Below, piece by piece: positions 42,790 through 53,393 of a DNA stretch of 64,000 nt. Where the stretch lies: contig JBBCJC010000005.1 of NCBI GenBank assembly GCA_037189525.1, forward strand, positions 1,024,001 through 1,088,000, written 5' to 3'. The translations under genes were made by a program, and so were the position numbers. Below the pieces are notes generated by a model. The model saw nothing but the letters and a program-made list of their open reading frames with translations, made no database searches and was not told the DNA's origin. The stretch is from Gemmatimonadales bacterium. GTDB taxonomy: Bacteria; Gemmatimonadota; Gemmatimonadetes; Gemmatimonadales; GWC2-71-9. Every line of letters begins with the position of its first letter. The first letter of the stretch is position 1.

Positions 42790-45552
42790 ATGACGCGTTT
42801 CACGAGATGGTGGCTGGCACTGGCCTCGCTGGCCTTGCTTTCGAATCTGTCTTCCCCGCTGTTTGCCCAGGAACCGACCGGCCGAGTCACCGGACGAGTG
42901 GTCGACGCTGCGCAGGGAGCGCCGATCGCCGGCGCCGTGGTGGAGTTGGTGGGCACCGCGACGCCGCATCGCACATCGACAGCTTTGGACGGACGGTTCA
43001 CCTTCGTCAACGTCCCCGCCGGCGAAGTCGGAGTCCGGGTACGGATGATCGGCTACGGGCCGAAGCTCGTCACCGGTATCCGCATTCCGATCAACGGAGT
43101 CGCGACGCAAGACGTTTCGCTCAACGCCGAGACGGTTCAGCTGGAGGAGCTCAACGTCACGGCCGCGGCGGAACGCGGCTCCGTAGCTGACGCACTCAAC
43201 GAGCAGCGCAACGCCAGCAACATCCTCAATGCCATCACCGCCGAGCAGATCTCCAAAAGCCCGGACGGCGACGCGGGCCAGGCCGTCCAGCGGGTCAGCG
43301 GCGTCACGGTCCAGGACGGCAAGTACGTCATCGTCCGGGGGTTGGGCGAACGGTACACCACGACGGCGCTCAACGGCGCCCGGATCCCGAGCCCCGAGCC
43401 GGAACGAAAGGTCGTCCCGCTCGATCTCTTCCCCGCCGGCCTGCTCGAGGGCATCACGACCTCGAAGACCTTCACGCCGGACCAGCCTGGCGACTTCAGT
43501 GGCGCTTCGGTCAACCTCAAGACCCGGGAGTTTCCCGCCAACCGGGTGGTGACTCTGTCGGTCTCGACCGGAATCAATGCGTCGGCGACCGGGAAAATCC
43601 TCCCGAAAGCACCCTCCGTGGGACGCGAGTGGCTTGGCTTTGCGGGCTCGGCGCGCAGCCTTCCCAGCGGGCTGGCGGATGCCGGCAATCTGTCGGGCAT
43701 ATCGCCCAGCGAGATGAACTCCATGATCGCCTCCTTCCGCAACGCCTGGAGCGCCGATCGCGGCAAGGGTACGCAAAACGGATCGTTCGGGATCTCGGTG
43801 GGAGGCGAAGATCCGATCTTCGGACAGCGGATCGGGTACCTGGCCTCGTTCACCTATTCCAACGGGCAGGAAATCCGCGCCGACGAGCACAAGAGTTCGG
43901 CCAAGAACAGCGGTACGCCCGGCAGCGCGCTCCCGGTCAACGGCTACGATGGCACGACGGCGCGCAACAGCGTGCTCTGGGGCGGCCTGGCGAATCTCAG
44001 CACGGCGATCGGCTCGACCACGCGGATTTCCTTCAACAACACCTACACCCGCGGCGCCGATAACGAAGCGAGCGTGCTGACCGGCGAGAATGAGGAGTTC
44101 GGACAGGACTTCCAGTTCACCCGGCTCACCTTCGTGGAGCGTACCATCCGCTCCCACCAACTCGCGGGCGAGCACCTGTTTGGCGGACGCCATCTGATCA
44201 ACTGGACCGCGACGTTCTCGGACGTATCGCGGAATGAACCCGACCGCTCGGACATCGGATACCTCGTCGAGCGCCAGGGCAACTCGGTGGTGCCGACCGC
44301 GTGGTTCGGCCAGCCGCGCTTTGCGACCCGCACCTTCAGCGACGTTACCGAAACCGGCAAAGACTTCGGGGCGACCTACAACCTGGCGCTGGGAAGGAAG
44401 AGCAACCCCGTCGTAGTCAAGGTGGGCGGCGCCTACCGAGCCGTCGAACGCGTTGCCAACACCCGCGCCTACGACATCATGAACCTGTCGCTCAACCAGA
44501 GCGACCTGCAGCGCAGCCCCGAAGCCATCTTTGACGGAACCGCGGCGCTGGCCGGGCAGTTGCTGCTCAGCGCCAACGCGAACGGCGGGCGTTACACGGC
44601 CAACGACGAGATCGTCGCCGGCTTCGCAATGGTGGAGGCGCCGATCGGCAAGCACGTCAAAGTGATCGGCGGCAGCCGGGTCGAGCAGTGGGCTCTCGAC
44701 GTCTTCACCCGCACCTCGCTCGGCGTCGAAGTGCCGGCCAGTCCGCGCAGCACGGACATCCTGCCCTCACTCGCCGTCAACATCGCCCTGACCGGCCAGC
44801 AGAACCTCCGGCTCTCGGCGAGTCAGACGCTCTCGCGCCCCGAGTACCGCGAGCTCTCGCCGGTGCCGTACTTCGAACAGGTCGGCCTGATGACCACGTT
44901 CGGCAATCCGGACCTCCGACGCTCCCTGATCCAGAACTACGACATCCGCTGGGAGCTGTTCCCCACCCCGGGAGAGGTCGTGAGCATCGGCGTATTCGCC
45001 AAGCGCTTCGACGGCCCGATCGAAAAGGTCATCGTACCACAGGCGGGGACGGCCGGCCTGAGCTACGTCAATGCGAACGGCGCCGACAACTTCGGCGTGG
45101 AGCTCGAGTTCCGGAAAAATCTCGGCAGCCTGAGCGAGGCCCTGCTGCCGGTCTCCCTCTTTGCCAACTCGACCATCATGCGGAGCCGGATCGAGCCCGG
45201 CAACATCGTGGCCACCAACGCCGATCGGCCGATGGTGGGCCAGTCGGGCTACATCGTCAACGGCGGGCTCAGCTACCTCCATCCGTCGGGCCGATTCAGC
45301 ACGACGGCGCTCTACAACGTGGCCGGGCGCCGGATCGTGGAAGCGGGCGCTGCCGGGCTGCCTGACACCTACGAGGAGCCGCGCCATGTGTTCGACATCA
45401 CGGCCCAGGCATCGCTCTTCGGCGGCGTGTCGCTCAAGATCGACGCCAAGAACCTGACCGACGCGCCGTACCAGTACAACCAGGCTGAGGTACAGCGGCT
45501 CCGCTACAAGGCCGGACGGGTCTTTTCCCTCGGGCTGACCTGGCGGCCGTGA
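42790..45552 (+). CDS. TonB-dependent receptor with N-terminal carboxypeptidase-regulatory-like domain
   Basis: Signal peptide, plug VRGLGERY...LDLFP, barrel SRPEYREL...GNPDL, C-terminal SLGLTW. Confidence 0.93.
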   Translation: MTRFTRWWLALASLALLSNLSSPLFAQEPTGRVTGRVVDAAQGAPIAGAVVELVGTATPHRTSTALDGRFTFVNVPAGEVGVRVRMIGYGPKLVTGIRIPINGVATQDVSLNAETVQLEELNVTAAAERGSVADALNEQRNASNILNAITAEQISKSPDGDAGQAVQRVSGVTVQDGKYVIVRGLGERYTTTALNGARIPSPEPERKVVPLDLFPAGLLEGITTSKTFTPDQPGDFSGASVNLKTREFPANRVVTLSVSTGINASATGKILPKAPSVGREWLGFAGSARSLPSGLADAGNLSGISPSEMNSMIASFRNAWSADRGKGTQNGSFGISVGGEDPIFGQRIGYLASFTYSNGQEIRADEHKSSAKNSGTPGSALPVNGYDGTTARNSVLWGGLANLSTAIGSTTRISFNNTYTRGADNEASVLTGENEEFGQDFQFTRLTFVERTIRSHQLAGEHLFGGRHLINWTATFSDVSRNEPDRSDIGYLVERQGNSVVPTAWFGQPRFATRTFSDVTETGKDFGATYNLALGRKSNPVVVKVGGAYRAVERVANTRAYDIMNLSLNQSDLQRSPEAIFDGTAALAGQLLLSANANGGRYTANDEIVAGFAMVEAPIGKHVKVIGGSRVEQWALDVFTRTSLGVEVPASPRSTDILPSLAVNIALTGQQNLRLSASQTLSRPEYRELSPVPYFEQVGLMTTFGNPDLRRSLIQNYDIRWELFPTPGEVVSIGVFAKRFDGPIEKVIVPQAGTAGLSYVNANGADNFGVELEFRKNLGSLSEALLPVSLFANSTIMRSRIEPGNIVATNADRPMVGQSGYIVNGGLSYLHPSGRFSTTALYNVAGRRIVEAGAAGLPDTYEEPRHVFDITAQASLFGGVSLKIDAKNLTDAPYQYNQAEVQRLRYKAGRVFSLGLTWRP

Positions 45553-45639
45553 GCGAAATGTGACGTAGGCGTGATCGGTTCGAGGCCAAGACATGCGTGA
45601 TTTCAGCGTCGCTGAAACCTCCATTACACACGAAGGACA

Positions 45640-47388
45640 TTGACCATGTTGATTCGCAGGACATCGAGGACTTCGATCGTTGCCGGACTGGCGCTTCCGC
45701 TGCTCCTCCTCGCCGGCTGCGGTGACAACGGCACTGAACCGCCGCCTCCGCCTCCGCCGCCACCCGCGGCTCCGCCGGTTCCCGCGAACCTGGCGGCTAC
45801 GCAGCTGACGCTGACCTCGGTGCGGGTAAGCTGGGGCGCGTCCACCGGCGCCACCAGCTACGTCCTCGAGCGGGCCTCGGCGACCAGCCCGGGTGTCTTC
45901 ACCGCCGTTGGCGGAAGCATCAGCGGCACCTCGTTCGACGACACCGGGTTGACCCAGGGCGTTGCCTATAGCTATCGGGTGGCGGCCAGGACCGGTGATC
46001 TGACCAGCGCGTTCGCGACGCCGGTGTCGATCACCACCGGCCTCGCGGAGGCGGTCATCCAAGCCAACATCACGGCGAACCGGACGCTCTACAAAGACAC
46101 GGTGTACACCCTCAAGGGTTACATCAAGGTCACCAACAACGCGACCCTGACGATCCAGCCGGGCACCAAGATCATTGGCGACCTGGCCACGCCGGGCTCA
46201 TCACTCTGGATCCTGCGCGGATCGAAGATCGACGCCCAGGGCACGGCCCAAGAGCCGATCGTCTTCACGTCCGGCGCAGCTCCCGGTCAGCGCCGTCCCG
46301 GCGACTGGGGCGGGATCGTGATCATCGGCAACGGCATCATCAACCGCGCCTCGCCGGTCGAGACCGAGGGCGCCGCGGCCGGCGTTCAGGAGAACTACGC
46401 CGGCGGCACCAACAATGCCGACAACAGCGGCATCCTGCGCTACGTGCGGATCGAGTTCGCCGGCTACGACGTCTCGAACGGCGGCGGCCAGGAGCTCAAC
46501 AGCCTTTCGATGTACGCCGTCGGAAGCGGCACCCGGATCGAGTACGTCCAGACCGTCTCCGGCCTCGATGACTCGTTCGAGTGGTGGGGCGGCGCGGTCG
46601 ATGCCCGCTACCTGGTCTCCTACGAGTCGGGCGACGATCACTTCGACTGGACCGAAGGCTTCTCCGGCCGAGTGCAGTTCCTGATCGGCCTGCAGACCCA
46701 GCGCCAGGTGCCGCGACCGGGTACCGGTACGTTCTCGAGCGACCCGCGCGGCTTCGAGGCCGACGGCTGTGAACCTACCTCCTCGTCCGACTGCGTTCTC
46801 ACGCCAACCGCCACCAGCGCGCCCTACTCGCGGCCCGTGATCGCCAATTTCACCCTGGTGGGCCCGGGTCAGCTCGGCGGGTTCCCAACCGACGGCAACG
46901 GTATCGTACTGCGCCGCGGAACGGGCGGTCACCTCACCAACGGGATCGTGGCGCGGTGGCCCGGCATCGGCCTGCAGATGCGTGATGCCTTCACCGATTC
47001 GCTCCGCCTCCGCGATTCGCTCTCGGTCACCAACCTCATTCTGGCCGAGAACGGCCCGCTCGCGGCGCCGACCAACTATGACTCCGATGCGTCGACCGAC
47101 CGGTATGCGCAGGCGGCGAAGTTCACTACCTCGAACCATCGGGTCGGCACCCAGGCAGCCGCGCTGTTCACCAGCCTGAACCCGGCAGGTCTCGACTGGA
47201 CGCCGGTCGCGACGACCGGTCAGCCCGATCCGACCACGGGCGGCAGCCAGGTGATCCCGGCAACGTTGCAAGCCCGGGTAGCCGGCTATCCGTATTCCGG
47301 CGGCTGGTCGACCACCGACTATGTCGGCGCCGCTTCGCCCACTGGTCCGAAGTGGTGGGCCGGCTGGACCGTCTACCTCGCCAACTAA
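45640..47388 (+). CDS. FN3-containing beta-helix lipoprotein (type often paired with TonB receptors)
   Basis: Lipobox LAGC, poly-Pro linker, FN3, TLTIQPGT...PIVFTS...GDWGGI...DNSGILRYVRIEFAG. Confidence 0.8.
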   Translation: MTMLIRRTSRTSIVAGLALPLLLLAGCGDNGTEPPPPPPPPPAAPPVPANLAATQLTLTSVRVSWGASTGATSYVLERASATSPGVFTAVGGSISGTSFDDTGLTQGVAYSYRVAARTGDLTSAFATPVSITTGLAEAVIQANITANRTLYKDTVYTLKGYIKVTNNATLTIQPGTKIIGDLATPGSSLWILRGSKIDAQGTAQEPIVFTSGAAPGQRRPGDWGGIVIIGNGIINRASPVETEGAAAGVQENYAGGTNNADNSGILRYVRIEFAGYDVSNGGGQELNSLSMYAVGSGTRIEYVQTVSGLDDSFEWWGGAVDARYLVSYESGDDHFDWTEGFSGRVQFLIGLQTQRQVPRPGTGTFSSDPRGFEADGCEPTSSSDCVLTPTATSAPYSRPVIANFTLVGPGQLGGFPTDGNGIVLRRGTGGHLTNGIVARWPGIGLQMRDAFTDSLRLRDSLSVTNLILAENGPLAAPTNYDSDASTDRYAQAAKFTTSNHRVGTQAAALFTSLNPAGLDWTPVATTGQPDPTTGGSQVIPATLQARVAGYPYSGGWSTTDYVGAASPTGPKWWAGWTVYLAN

Positions 47389-47439
47389 ATGCTTCGGCGT
47401 CCCGACTCGCTCTCCGCGGGTCGGGACGCACTTTCTTCG

Positions 47440-48060
47440 ATGCGTATCTACCATACTATTCGCTGGCTCGCTCTTAGCCTGTCGTTCTCCCTCGCCTTTA
47501 CGAGTTGCCAGGACGGCGATGTCTCTCCTCCGGAGGACGTCTCGATGGCCACTCGGGTGACTGTCGATAGCACCTTGACACGAGAGGAAGCACTCCGCCG
47601 TTTCCGGGTCGGGCTCGATTCGATCGGTGACCTCGCGAACGGATCAACCGATCAGACCGACTTGGTCAAGCGTTTCGTCGCTGCAATCGGCGCGCGCGAT
47701 ACGGCAGCGCTCGGTGAGCTCGCCCTCACCAAACAAGAGTTCGCCTGGATCTACTATCCTACGACCCCGCAAGGTCTCCCGCCCTACGACCTGGCCCCGA
47801 GCCTGTTATGGTTCCTGGTGGAAGGGCGCGGCTCGCAAGGTCTCGCCCGTGCGCTGCGTACCTTGGGTGGACAGCCCATCATTTATAGCAGCCACAGTTG
47901 CGATACGGAGCCTTCGATCGAAGGCAACAATCGAATCTGGGGACCCTGCCAGGTGACCATACGCACCAATGGAACGACGTCCACCTTACCGCTCATCGGC
48001 CAAATCATCGAGAGAAATGGTCGATTCAAGTTCCTGAACTACACCAACAAACTCGACTGA
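47440..48060 (+). CDS. Hypothetical lipoprotein
   Basis: Signal peptide with FTSC; C-terminal GQIIERNGRFKFLNYTNKL. Confidence 0.65.
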   Translation: MRIYHTIRWLALSLSFSLAFTSCQDGDVSPPEDVSMATRVTVDSTLTREEALRRFRVGLDSIGDLANGSTDQTDLVKRFVAAIGARDTAALGELALTKQEFAWIYYPTTPQGLPPYDLAPSLLWFLVEGRGSQGLARALRTLGGQPIIYSSHSCDTEPSIEGNNRIWGPCQVTIRTNGTTSTLPLIGQIIERNGRFKFLNYTNKLD

Positions 48061-48386
48061 GGCCGGATCATCTGTCCCCGACGACTGATTCGGCCCCCGA
48101 AAGCCCCGCATCCCTGTCACCTGCCTATCGGCAAGCGAAACCTGCAGATTACCTGCGAAAGCTGCTGGATCAGGCGCGATAAATTAGTTTTCACGCCGCT
48201 GTGCAGTGGAAACGTGCACTATACCCCCTGCTGACTCGTCTCCCTCCATTGCCACGTGACGCACGATTCGATCCCGACGGCCGCTCATGCTCCACTCATC
48301 TGGCAACCTCGGACCGATCGATGTCAGGTCGCGCCCGTCGGTGGCGTGTCGGAGGCGGACATTACACCTAACGTGGGAGTCGCAAC

Positions 48387-50528
48387 GTGAGTCTCAGACG
48401 TTCAGCTGCACCAGCCCTCGATACCTGGCGAGGCGGCGTAGCATGTGAGCTCACGGCGCTTCTCGGCACCAGAAGGCGACAGATCGCGGTCGAGTGGGGT
48501 GAGGAATCCCTCAGCTACGCCGCGCTGGAAACGCATGCCGCCATCATCGGCGGACGGCTCAAACAGGCCGGGCTCGGCCCCGGCAGCGTGGTCGGCCTGT
48601 ACCTCGATCGCACCGACGAGATCGTTCCGGCCATCCTGGGGATCCTACGCATCGGCGCCGCCTGGCTGCCGCTGGACCCGGCGTATCCGCTCGACCGCAC
48701 CCTCTGGATCCTCGGGGACGCCGGCGCAGCCGCGACGCTCACGACGCGTAAGCTGGCCCGCCAGCTTTCCGAAGCCGGCGTTCCTGCCGTCCTCATCGAC
48801 GATCCGGTCGTACCGCCGCCGGCCCAGCTGGAAACCGTACCCCCTGACGCCCTGGCATATCTGATCTACACCTCAGGGTCGACTGGCCACCCGAAGGGGG
48901 TGGCAATCACGCACGGCAACCTGTGCCACTACGCCAGAGCCATCGGCGAGCGGGTCGGCCTGGGCCCCCGCGATCGATACCTTCATACCGCGTCGTTTGC
49001 CTTTTCCTCCTCGGTTCGCCAGGTCTTCGCCCCGCTCTTTGCCGGCGCGCGTATCCTGCTCGCCGGCCGCGAAGACATTGCCAACCCGCGGACGCTCCTG
49101 GAACTGGCCCGCGAGCGGCGAGCGACGGTCGTCGACCTGGTGCCATCGTATTGGGCACAGATCGTTGCGGCCGGTGTCAATGACCGCTCCCTTTTGCGCG
49201 GGTCCAGCCTCCGACTGGCGCTGTCCGCCAGTGAGCCCCTGCCGAACCGGCTGGTTGCAGACTGGTACGCCCTGACCGGCAAGCGTGCCCGATTCATCAA
49301 CATGTTCGGGCAGACCGAAACGACCGGCATCATCAGCACGGCCGCGCTGACCCCCGAATCCGTGCTGGAAGATGGCATCGCCCCGATCGGCGAAGCCCTC
49401 GCGGGCAATACCCTGTATCTCCTCGACGAGCATGACCGCGTCATCGAGGATGATCGTGTCGGAGAGCTGTGCATCAGCGGAGCCGGCATCGGCGCGGGGT
49501 ACTGGCACCAGCCCGAGCTGACCGAAGCGCGATTCACCGACCATGCCGATCTGGGCCGGATCTACCGCACCGGCGACCTCGGCCGCCGCCGTCCCGATGG
49601 GCAGTTCACCTTCCGAGGGCGGGGAGACGGCCAAGTCAAAATCCGGGGCCATCGGGTCGAGGTCGAAGAGATCGAGGCCGCGCTGCATACCCATCCCGAC
49701 GTGGCGGCGGCCGCGGTCTACGGCATCGACCGCGGCGATGAAGTCGTGCTCACCGCGGCCGTCGTCGGCCGGGCAGGACGACGCCCGTTGGTTCGCGAGC
49801 TGCGGCGGTACCTTCAGCGGATCACACCGGATTACATGGTCCCGACGACCATCCATCTGGTTGCCCAGCTGCCGCGCACGACAAACGGCAAGTTGGATCG
49901 CACGGCCCTCGCCGACCTGACCTCGGACGGATTCGACCCGGAGCCGGAACCCGATACGGCAATGCACGACCGGCCCGAGATCCCGTTGCCGGACCTCGAG
50001 GTCGTCGAACACGCGCTCGCCAAGCACGATGCGGTGCGTCACGTCTGCCTGGCTGCGCAGAATGCCCCGACCGGGCAGACCCGGCTGACCGCCTATGTCG
50101 TCTTCGAACCGGGCAAGACGGCCACCGGATCAGATCTGCGTCGCTTCCTCAAGCAGCTCGTTCCCGATGCGCCTGCTCCGCAGCACGTCGTCGAGCTCGA
50201 TGCCCTGCCGGTGGCTCCGAACGGCGCCATCGACCGCGACGCGCTGCCCGACCCCTTCTCCGATGCCGAGAGCAGTATCGCACCCCGCACTCCGACCGAA
50301 CAGCTCATTGCGGAGATCTGGGCTCAACGGCTGGGCATCGACCAGATTGGCATCCACGACAACTTCATCGACGTGGGCGGCCACTCGCTGGCTGCGATGC
50401 AGGCCATCGCGATCATCGAACGCCGGATCGGCGTCCGCCTGCAGCCGCGCGACATGGTCTACCATACGCTGGAGCAGATCGCCGCCAAGTGCGATGCGCG
50501 GGTTCGCCGTATCAAGCAGCCGACCTGA
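48387..50528 (+). CDS. Stand-alone NRPS: adenylation domain + extra A-subdomain + PCP
   Basis: YLIYTSGSTGHPKG, YRTGD, KIRGHRVE, PRTTNGKLDR, DNFIDVGGHSL; start uncertain. Confidence 0.88.
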   Translation: MSLRRSAAPALDTWRGGVACELTALLGTRRRQIAVEWGEESLSYAALETHAAIIGGRLKQAGLGPGSVVGLYLDRTDEIVPAILGILRIGAAWLPLDPAYPLDRTLWILGDAGAAATLTTRKLARQLSEAGVPAVLIDDPVVPPPAQLETVPPDALAYLIYTSGSTGHPKGVAITHGNLCHYARAIGERVGLGPRDRYLHTASFAFSSSVRQVFAPLFAGARILLAGREDIANPRTLLELARERRATVVDLVPSYWAQIVAAGVNDRSLLRGSSLRLALSASEPLPNRLVADWYALTGKRARFINMFGQTETTGIISTAALTPESVLEDGIAPIGEALAGNTLYLLDEHDRVIEDDRVGELCISGAGIGAGYWHQPELTEARFTDHADLGRIYRTGDLGRRRPDGQFTFRGRGDGQVKIRGHRVEVEEIEAALHTHPDVAAAAVYGIDRGDEVVLTAAVVGRAGRRPLVRELRRYLQRITPDYMVPTTIHLVAQLPRTTNGKLDRTALADLTSDGFDPEPEPDTAMHDRPEIPLPDLEVVEHALAKHDAVRHVCLAAQNAPTGQTRLTAYVVFEPGKTATGSDLRRFLKQLVPDAPAPQHVVELDALPVAPNGAIDRDALPDPFSDAESSIAPRTPTEQLIAEIWAQRLGIDQIGIHDNFIDVGGHSLAAMQAIAIIERRIGVRLQPRDMVYHTLEQIAAKCDARVRRIKQPT

Positions 50529-50561
50529 CGCCATATTGCGAGCGCCGGCGCGCGCTTGGGT

Positions 50562-51056
50562 TTATCTGGAGGAATCGGAAGGAAGATCGAGCGGAAGGCG
50601 CAGCACATCCTCGAGCGGACCAGCCGATCCATCCCGCAGCAGCACCCGAACATCCGCCAGAGCACGACGCTCCCGGGGCCACGCCACCCGCTCGATGGCC
50701 TGATCGATCGGCAACCAGCAGCAGAGGTCGTGCTCGTGGGAAAGGACCGGCGACGCGCCGGGATCCACCACGACGGCAAACGCCGGAATCAAAGCCACTT
50801 CATCCGTCAGATGCAGATAGAACGATTCGACCCGGCTCAGATTGTAATAGCGCAGGGGTGTAAGGGAGGTCTCTTCCTGCAGTTCGCGAAGGGCTGCTGC
50901 GACCGGCGTCTCACCTGCTTCGATCCGGCCATGCACCGCTTCCCACGCACCGGTGCAGCGAACGCCCGCCGCTCGGCGGAGGACCAGCGCTTCCAGCCCG
51001 TCCGTGCCGATCCGGACCGGATAGATATCGACGAATTTGACCGCCGCGCCCGTCAA
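50562..51056 (-). CDS. NUDIX hydrolase
   Basis: GRIEAGETPVAAALRELQEETSL Nudix box; LSHEH. Confidence 0.9.
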   Translation of the reverse strand: MTGAAVKFVDIYPVRIGTDGLEALVLRRAAGVRCTGAWEAVHGRIEAGETPVAAALRELQEETSLTPLRYYNLSRVESFYLHLTDEVALIPAFAVVVDPGASPVLSHEHDLCCWLPIDQAIERVAWPRERRALADVRVLLRDGSAGPLEDVLRLPLDLPSDSSR

Positions 51057-53335
51057 TGACCCCGTGACCGCGCCAGCGCCGTCTGGAGCCGCGCAGCAAG
51101 CGCGCGGGCCCGAAACGGCTTGGTCAGAAAATCGTCGGCCCCCAGTTCGAGAACCCGCACCTCGTTCTCTTCGTCGCCTTTGGCCGTCAGGACCACGATC
51201 GGCAGGTTGCGGGTCGCCTCGCGAGAGCGCACCTGCGACAGCACAGTGTATCCGTCGACCCCAGGCAAATTCAGGTCGAGCAGCATCAGATCCGGATTCG
51301 TCCGATCGATCTCGGCCAGCGCTTCGGCCCCGTCGCGCGCCTCGAGCACGGTGTATCCCTGACGTTCGAGCAGATCCCGCATGACGCGCCGGAGCTGGTC
51401 CTCATCGTCGACCAGCAACACCACCGCACCCCGCCGAGTGACCTCGAATTTGGCCGGAGGCAGGTCGATCTCATCGACCAGTTCGAAGCCGTCGAGCGGG
51501 TCCGGCACCGCGCGCCGATCGAACGGAGATGGCGTCAGGCGATCCCGCGAGGACGGCGTGATGCGGTCACGGGACGGCGCCGGCTCGGGCGAGGCCGATA
51601 ACGCGGGCAACGATCGCGGAGTCGGTCGCGGCGGGGGCGGCTCGGGCAGAGGCTCCCTGGGAGGATCGGTCACCCGGAGCACCTCCTCGATCGAGGTGGT
51701 ACCGAGGAGCACGTGCCGCAAAGCACTCTCGAAGAGCGATCGCATTCCGTCGGCACGGGCCGCAATGGCGATCTTGTCGGCGGTGGCGCCGGAGGCAATC
51801 AACCGTTCGAGCGTTTCGGTCATCACCAGGACCTCGACGATGGCAAATCGCCCGCGGTAGCCGGTCTGCGAGCACTCCGAACACCCGACCGCCTTGAAGC
51901 GCGGCGCATCGGGCGCAACGTAGGCTTTGATCTTGCTCGGCAGCGGATCGGTGTCCTGTGCGCGGCAGGCGGTACAGAGCCGCCGCATCAGTCGCTGCGC
52001 AACGATGCCCCGGAGGGCCGACCCGATCTTGTAGGCCTCCATCCCGATGTCGAGCAGACGGGTAATCGTGTTCGGCGCATCGTTGGTGTGCAGGGTCGAC
52101 AGCACCAAATGGCCCGTCAGAGAGGCCTGCACCGCAATCTGCGCCGTCTCCCGATCGCGGATTTCGCCGATCAGCACGACGTCGGGGTCCTGCCGGAGGA
52201 TCGAACGCAGCGCCGACGGAAAGGTCAGACCGGCTCGCTCGTTGATCTGCACCTGCACGATGTTCTGACCGAGCCGATACTCGACCGGGTCCTCGACCGT
52301 CACGATGTTGACGCCGGTGTTCTGCACCGTGCGGAGCGCGGCATAGAGCGTGGTGGTCTTGCCGGAACCCGTCGGCCCGGTCACCAGCAGAATCCCTTCC
52401 TTGTTCTGCAGCAGGCCCAGGATCACATCCTGCTCATCCTGCTCGTACCCCAACGCCTCGAGATCCAGGACCGTCGCCTTGGCATTGAGAATTCGGATCA
52501 CGACCTTCTCGCCCAGCGACGCAGGCAGCGTCGACACACGGAGATCGACCGGCTGACCGTTGACGGCGACCCGACACCGGCCGTCCTGCGGCCGGAGACG
52601 ATCGGCAATGTCCATCCCGGACATGATCTTGATCCGGGAAATGAGCGGAATGCCCGCCGAGCGCGGGATCTTCATGACCTCGCGCAGCACGCCGTCGATC
52701 CGGTAGCGAACGATCACGCCGCCTTCCGTCGGCTCGACATGCACGTCGCTGGCCCGGCTGGTAATCCCGTCGGCGAGCAAGGTGTCGACCAGCTTGATGA
52801 TCGGGCGAGCGCGCGCTTCGTCGGCCGTGGCCGTCAGATCATCCGGCTCGTCCGCCAGCTGCTGCACATCCGCATCGTCCGCGATCCCATCGAGCAACTT
52901 TTCGACCAGATCATCCGGCCGGTAGACCTCATCGATCTTGTCGCGAATCTTGCTCGGCGAGGCCAGCATCAGACGCACTTCGAGCCCGGTCGCAAACGCG
53001 AGCATCTTCTCGGCGTCGATGTCGAACGGATTGGCGGTGGCAATCTCGACCCAGCTGTTGGTCGCGCGAATCGGGAAGACGCTGTACTTGCGCGCGACCT
53101 GCTCAGGAACCTGCTCGATCACCCGGCGATCGACCTGCGCCAGATCGGCAACCGGCATGCGGAAGCGTTCCGAAACCGCCCGAAGCACCTGGTCATCGGA
53201 CAGGATGCGGCGGTCGATGATCATCTGCCATACCGAGGGCGTCGGACCGGAGGCTTGTCGGCGGAGATCGTCCAGCGTCGCTTCCGGCACCAGTGCCGTC
53301 AAGGCGGGGACGAGCCATTCATCCGCAAATTGCAT
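51053..53335 (-). CDS. GspE/PilB-family secretion ATPase with C-terminal receiver domain
   Basis: GPTGSGKTTT, EDPVE, LRQDPD, GEIRD, TLHTN, CxxC pairs; REC with DD, D, T and K residues. Confidence 0.92.
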   Translation of the reverse strand: MQFADEWLVPALTALVPEATLDDLRRQASGPTPSVWQMIIDRRILSDDQVLRAVSERFRMPVADLAQVDRRVIEQVPEQVARKYSVFPIRATNSWVEIATANPFDIDAEKMLAFATGLEVRLMLASPSKIRDKIDEVYRPDDLVEKLLDGIADDADVQQLADEPDDLTATADEARARPIIKLVDTLLADGITSRASDVHVEPTEGGVIVRYRIDGVLREVMKIPRSAGIPLISRIKIMSGMDIADRLRPQDGRCRVAVNGQPVDLRVSTLPASLGEKVVIRILNAKATVLDLEALGYEQDEQDVILGLLQNKEGILLVTGPTGSGKTTTLYAALRTVQNTGVNIVTVEDPVEYRLGQNIVQVQINERAGLTFPSALRSILRQDPDVVLIGEIRDRETAQIAVQASLTGHLVLSTLHTNDAPNTITRLLDIGMEAYKIGSALRGIVAQRLMRRLCTACRAQDTDPLPSKIKAYVAPDAPRFKAVGCSECSQTGYRGRFAIVEVLVMTETLERLIASGATADKIAIAARADGMRSLFESALRHVLLGTTSIEEVLRVTDPPREPLPEPPPPRPTPRSLPALSASPEPAPSRDRITPSSRDRLTPSPFDRRAVPDPLDGFELVDEIDLPPAKFEVTRRGAVVLLVDDEDQLRRVMRDLLERQGYTVLEARDGAEALAEIDRTNPDLMLLDLNLPGVDGYTVLSQVRSREATRNLPIVVLTAKGDEENEVRVLELGADDFLTKPFRARALAARLQTALARSRGH

Positions 53336-53393
53336 CGGCAGGACCTGTAGGAGTGCGTTGGGTGCTCAACGCAAAATAGGTGTAAGGCCATCG

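Noticed and set aside
45739..45785. CCG-rich microsatellite
   Set aside because: Encodes the poly-proline linker after the lipobox; ordinary
48061..48386. Riboswitch (e.g. c-di-GMP-I) in the long NRPS leader
   Set aside because: GAAA loops are present, but I could not build the conserved core; needs an Rfam scan
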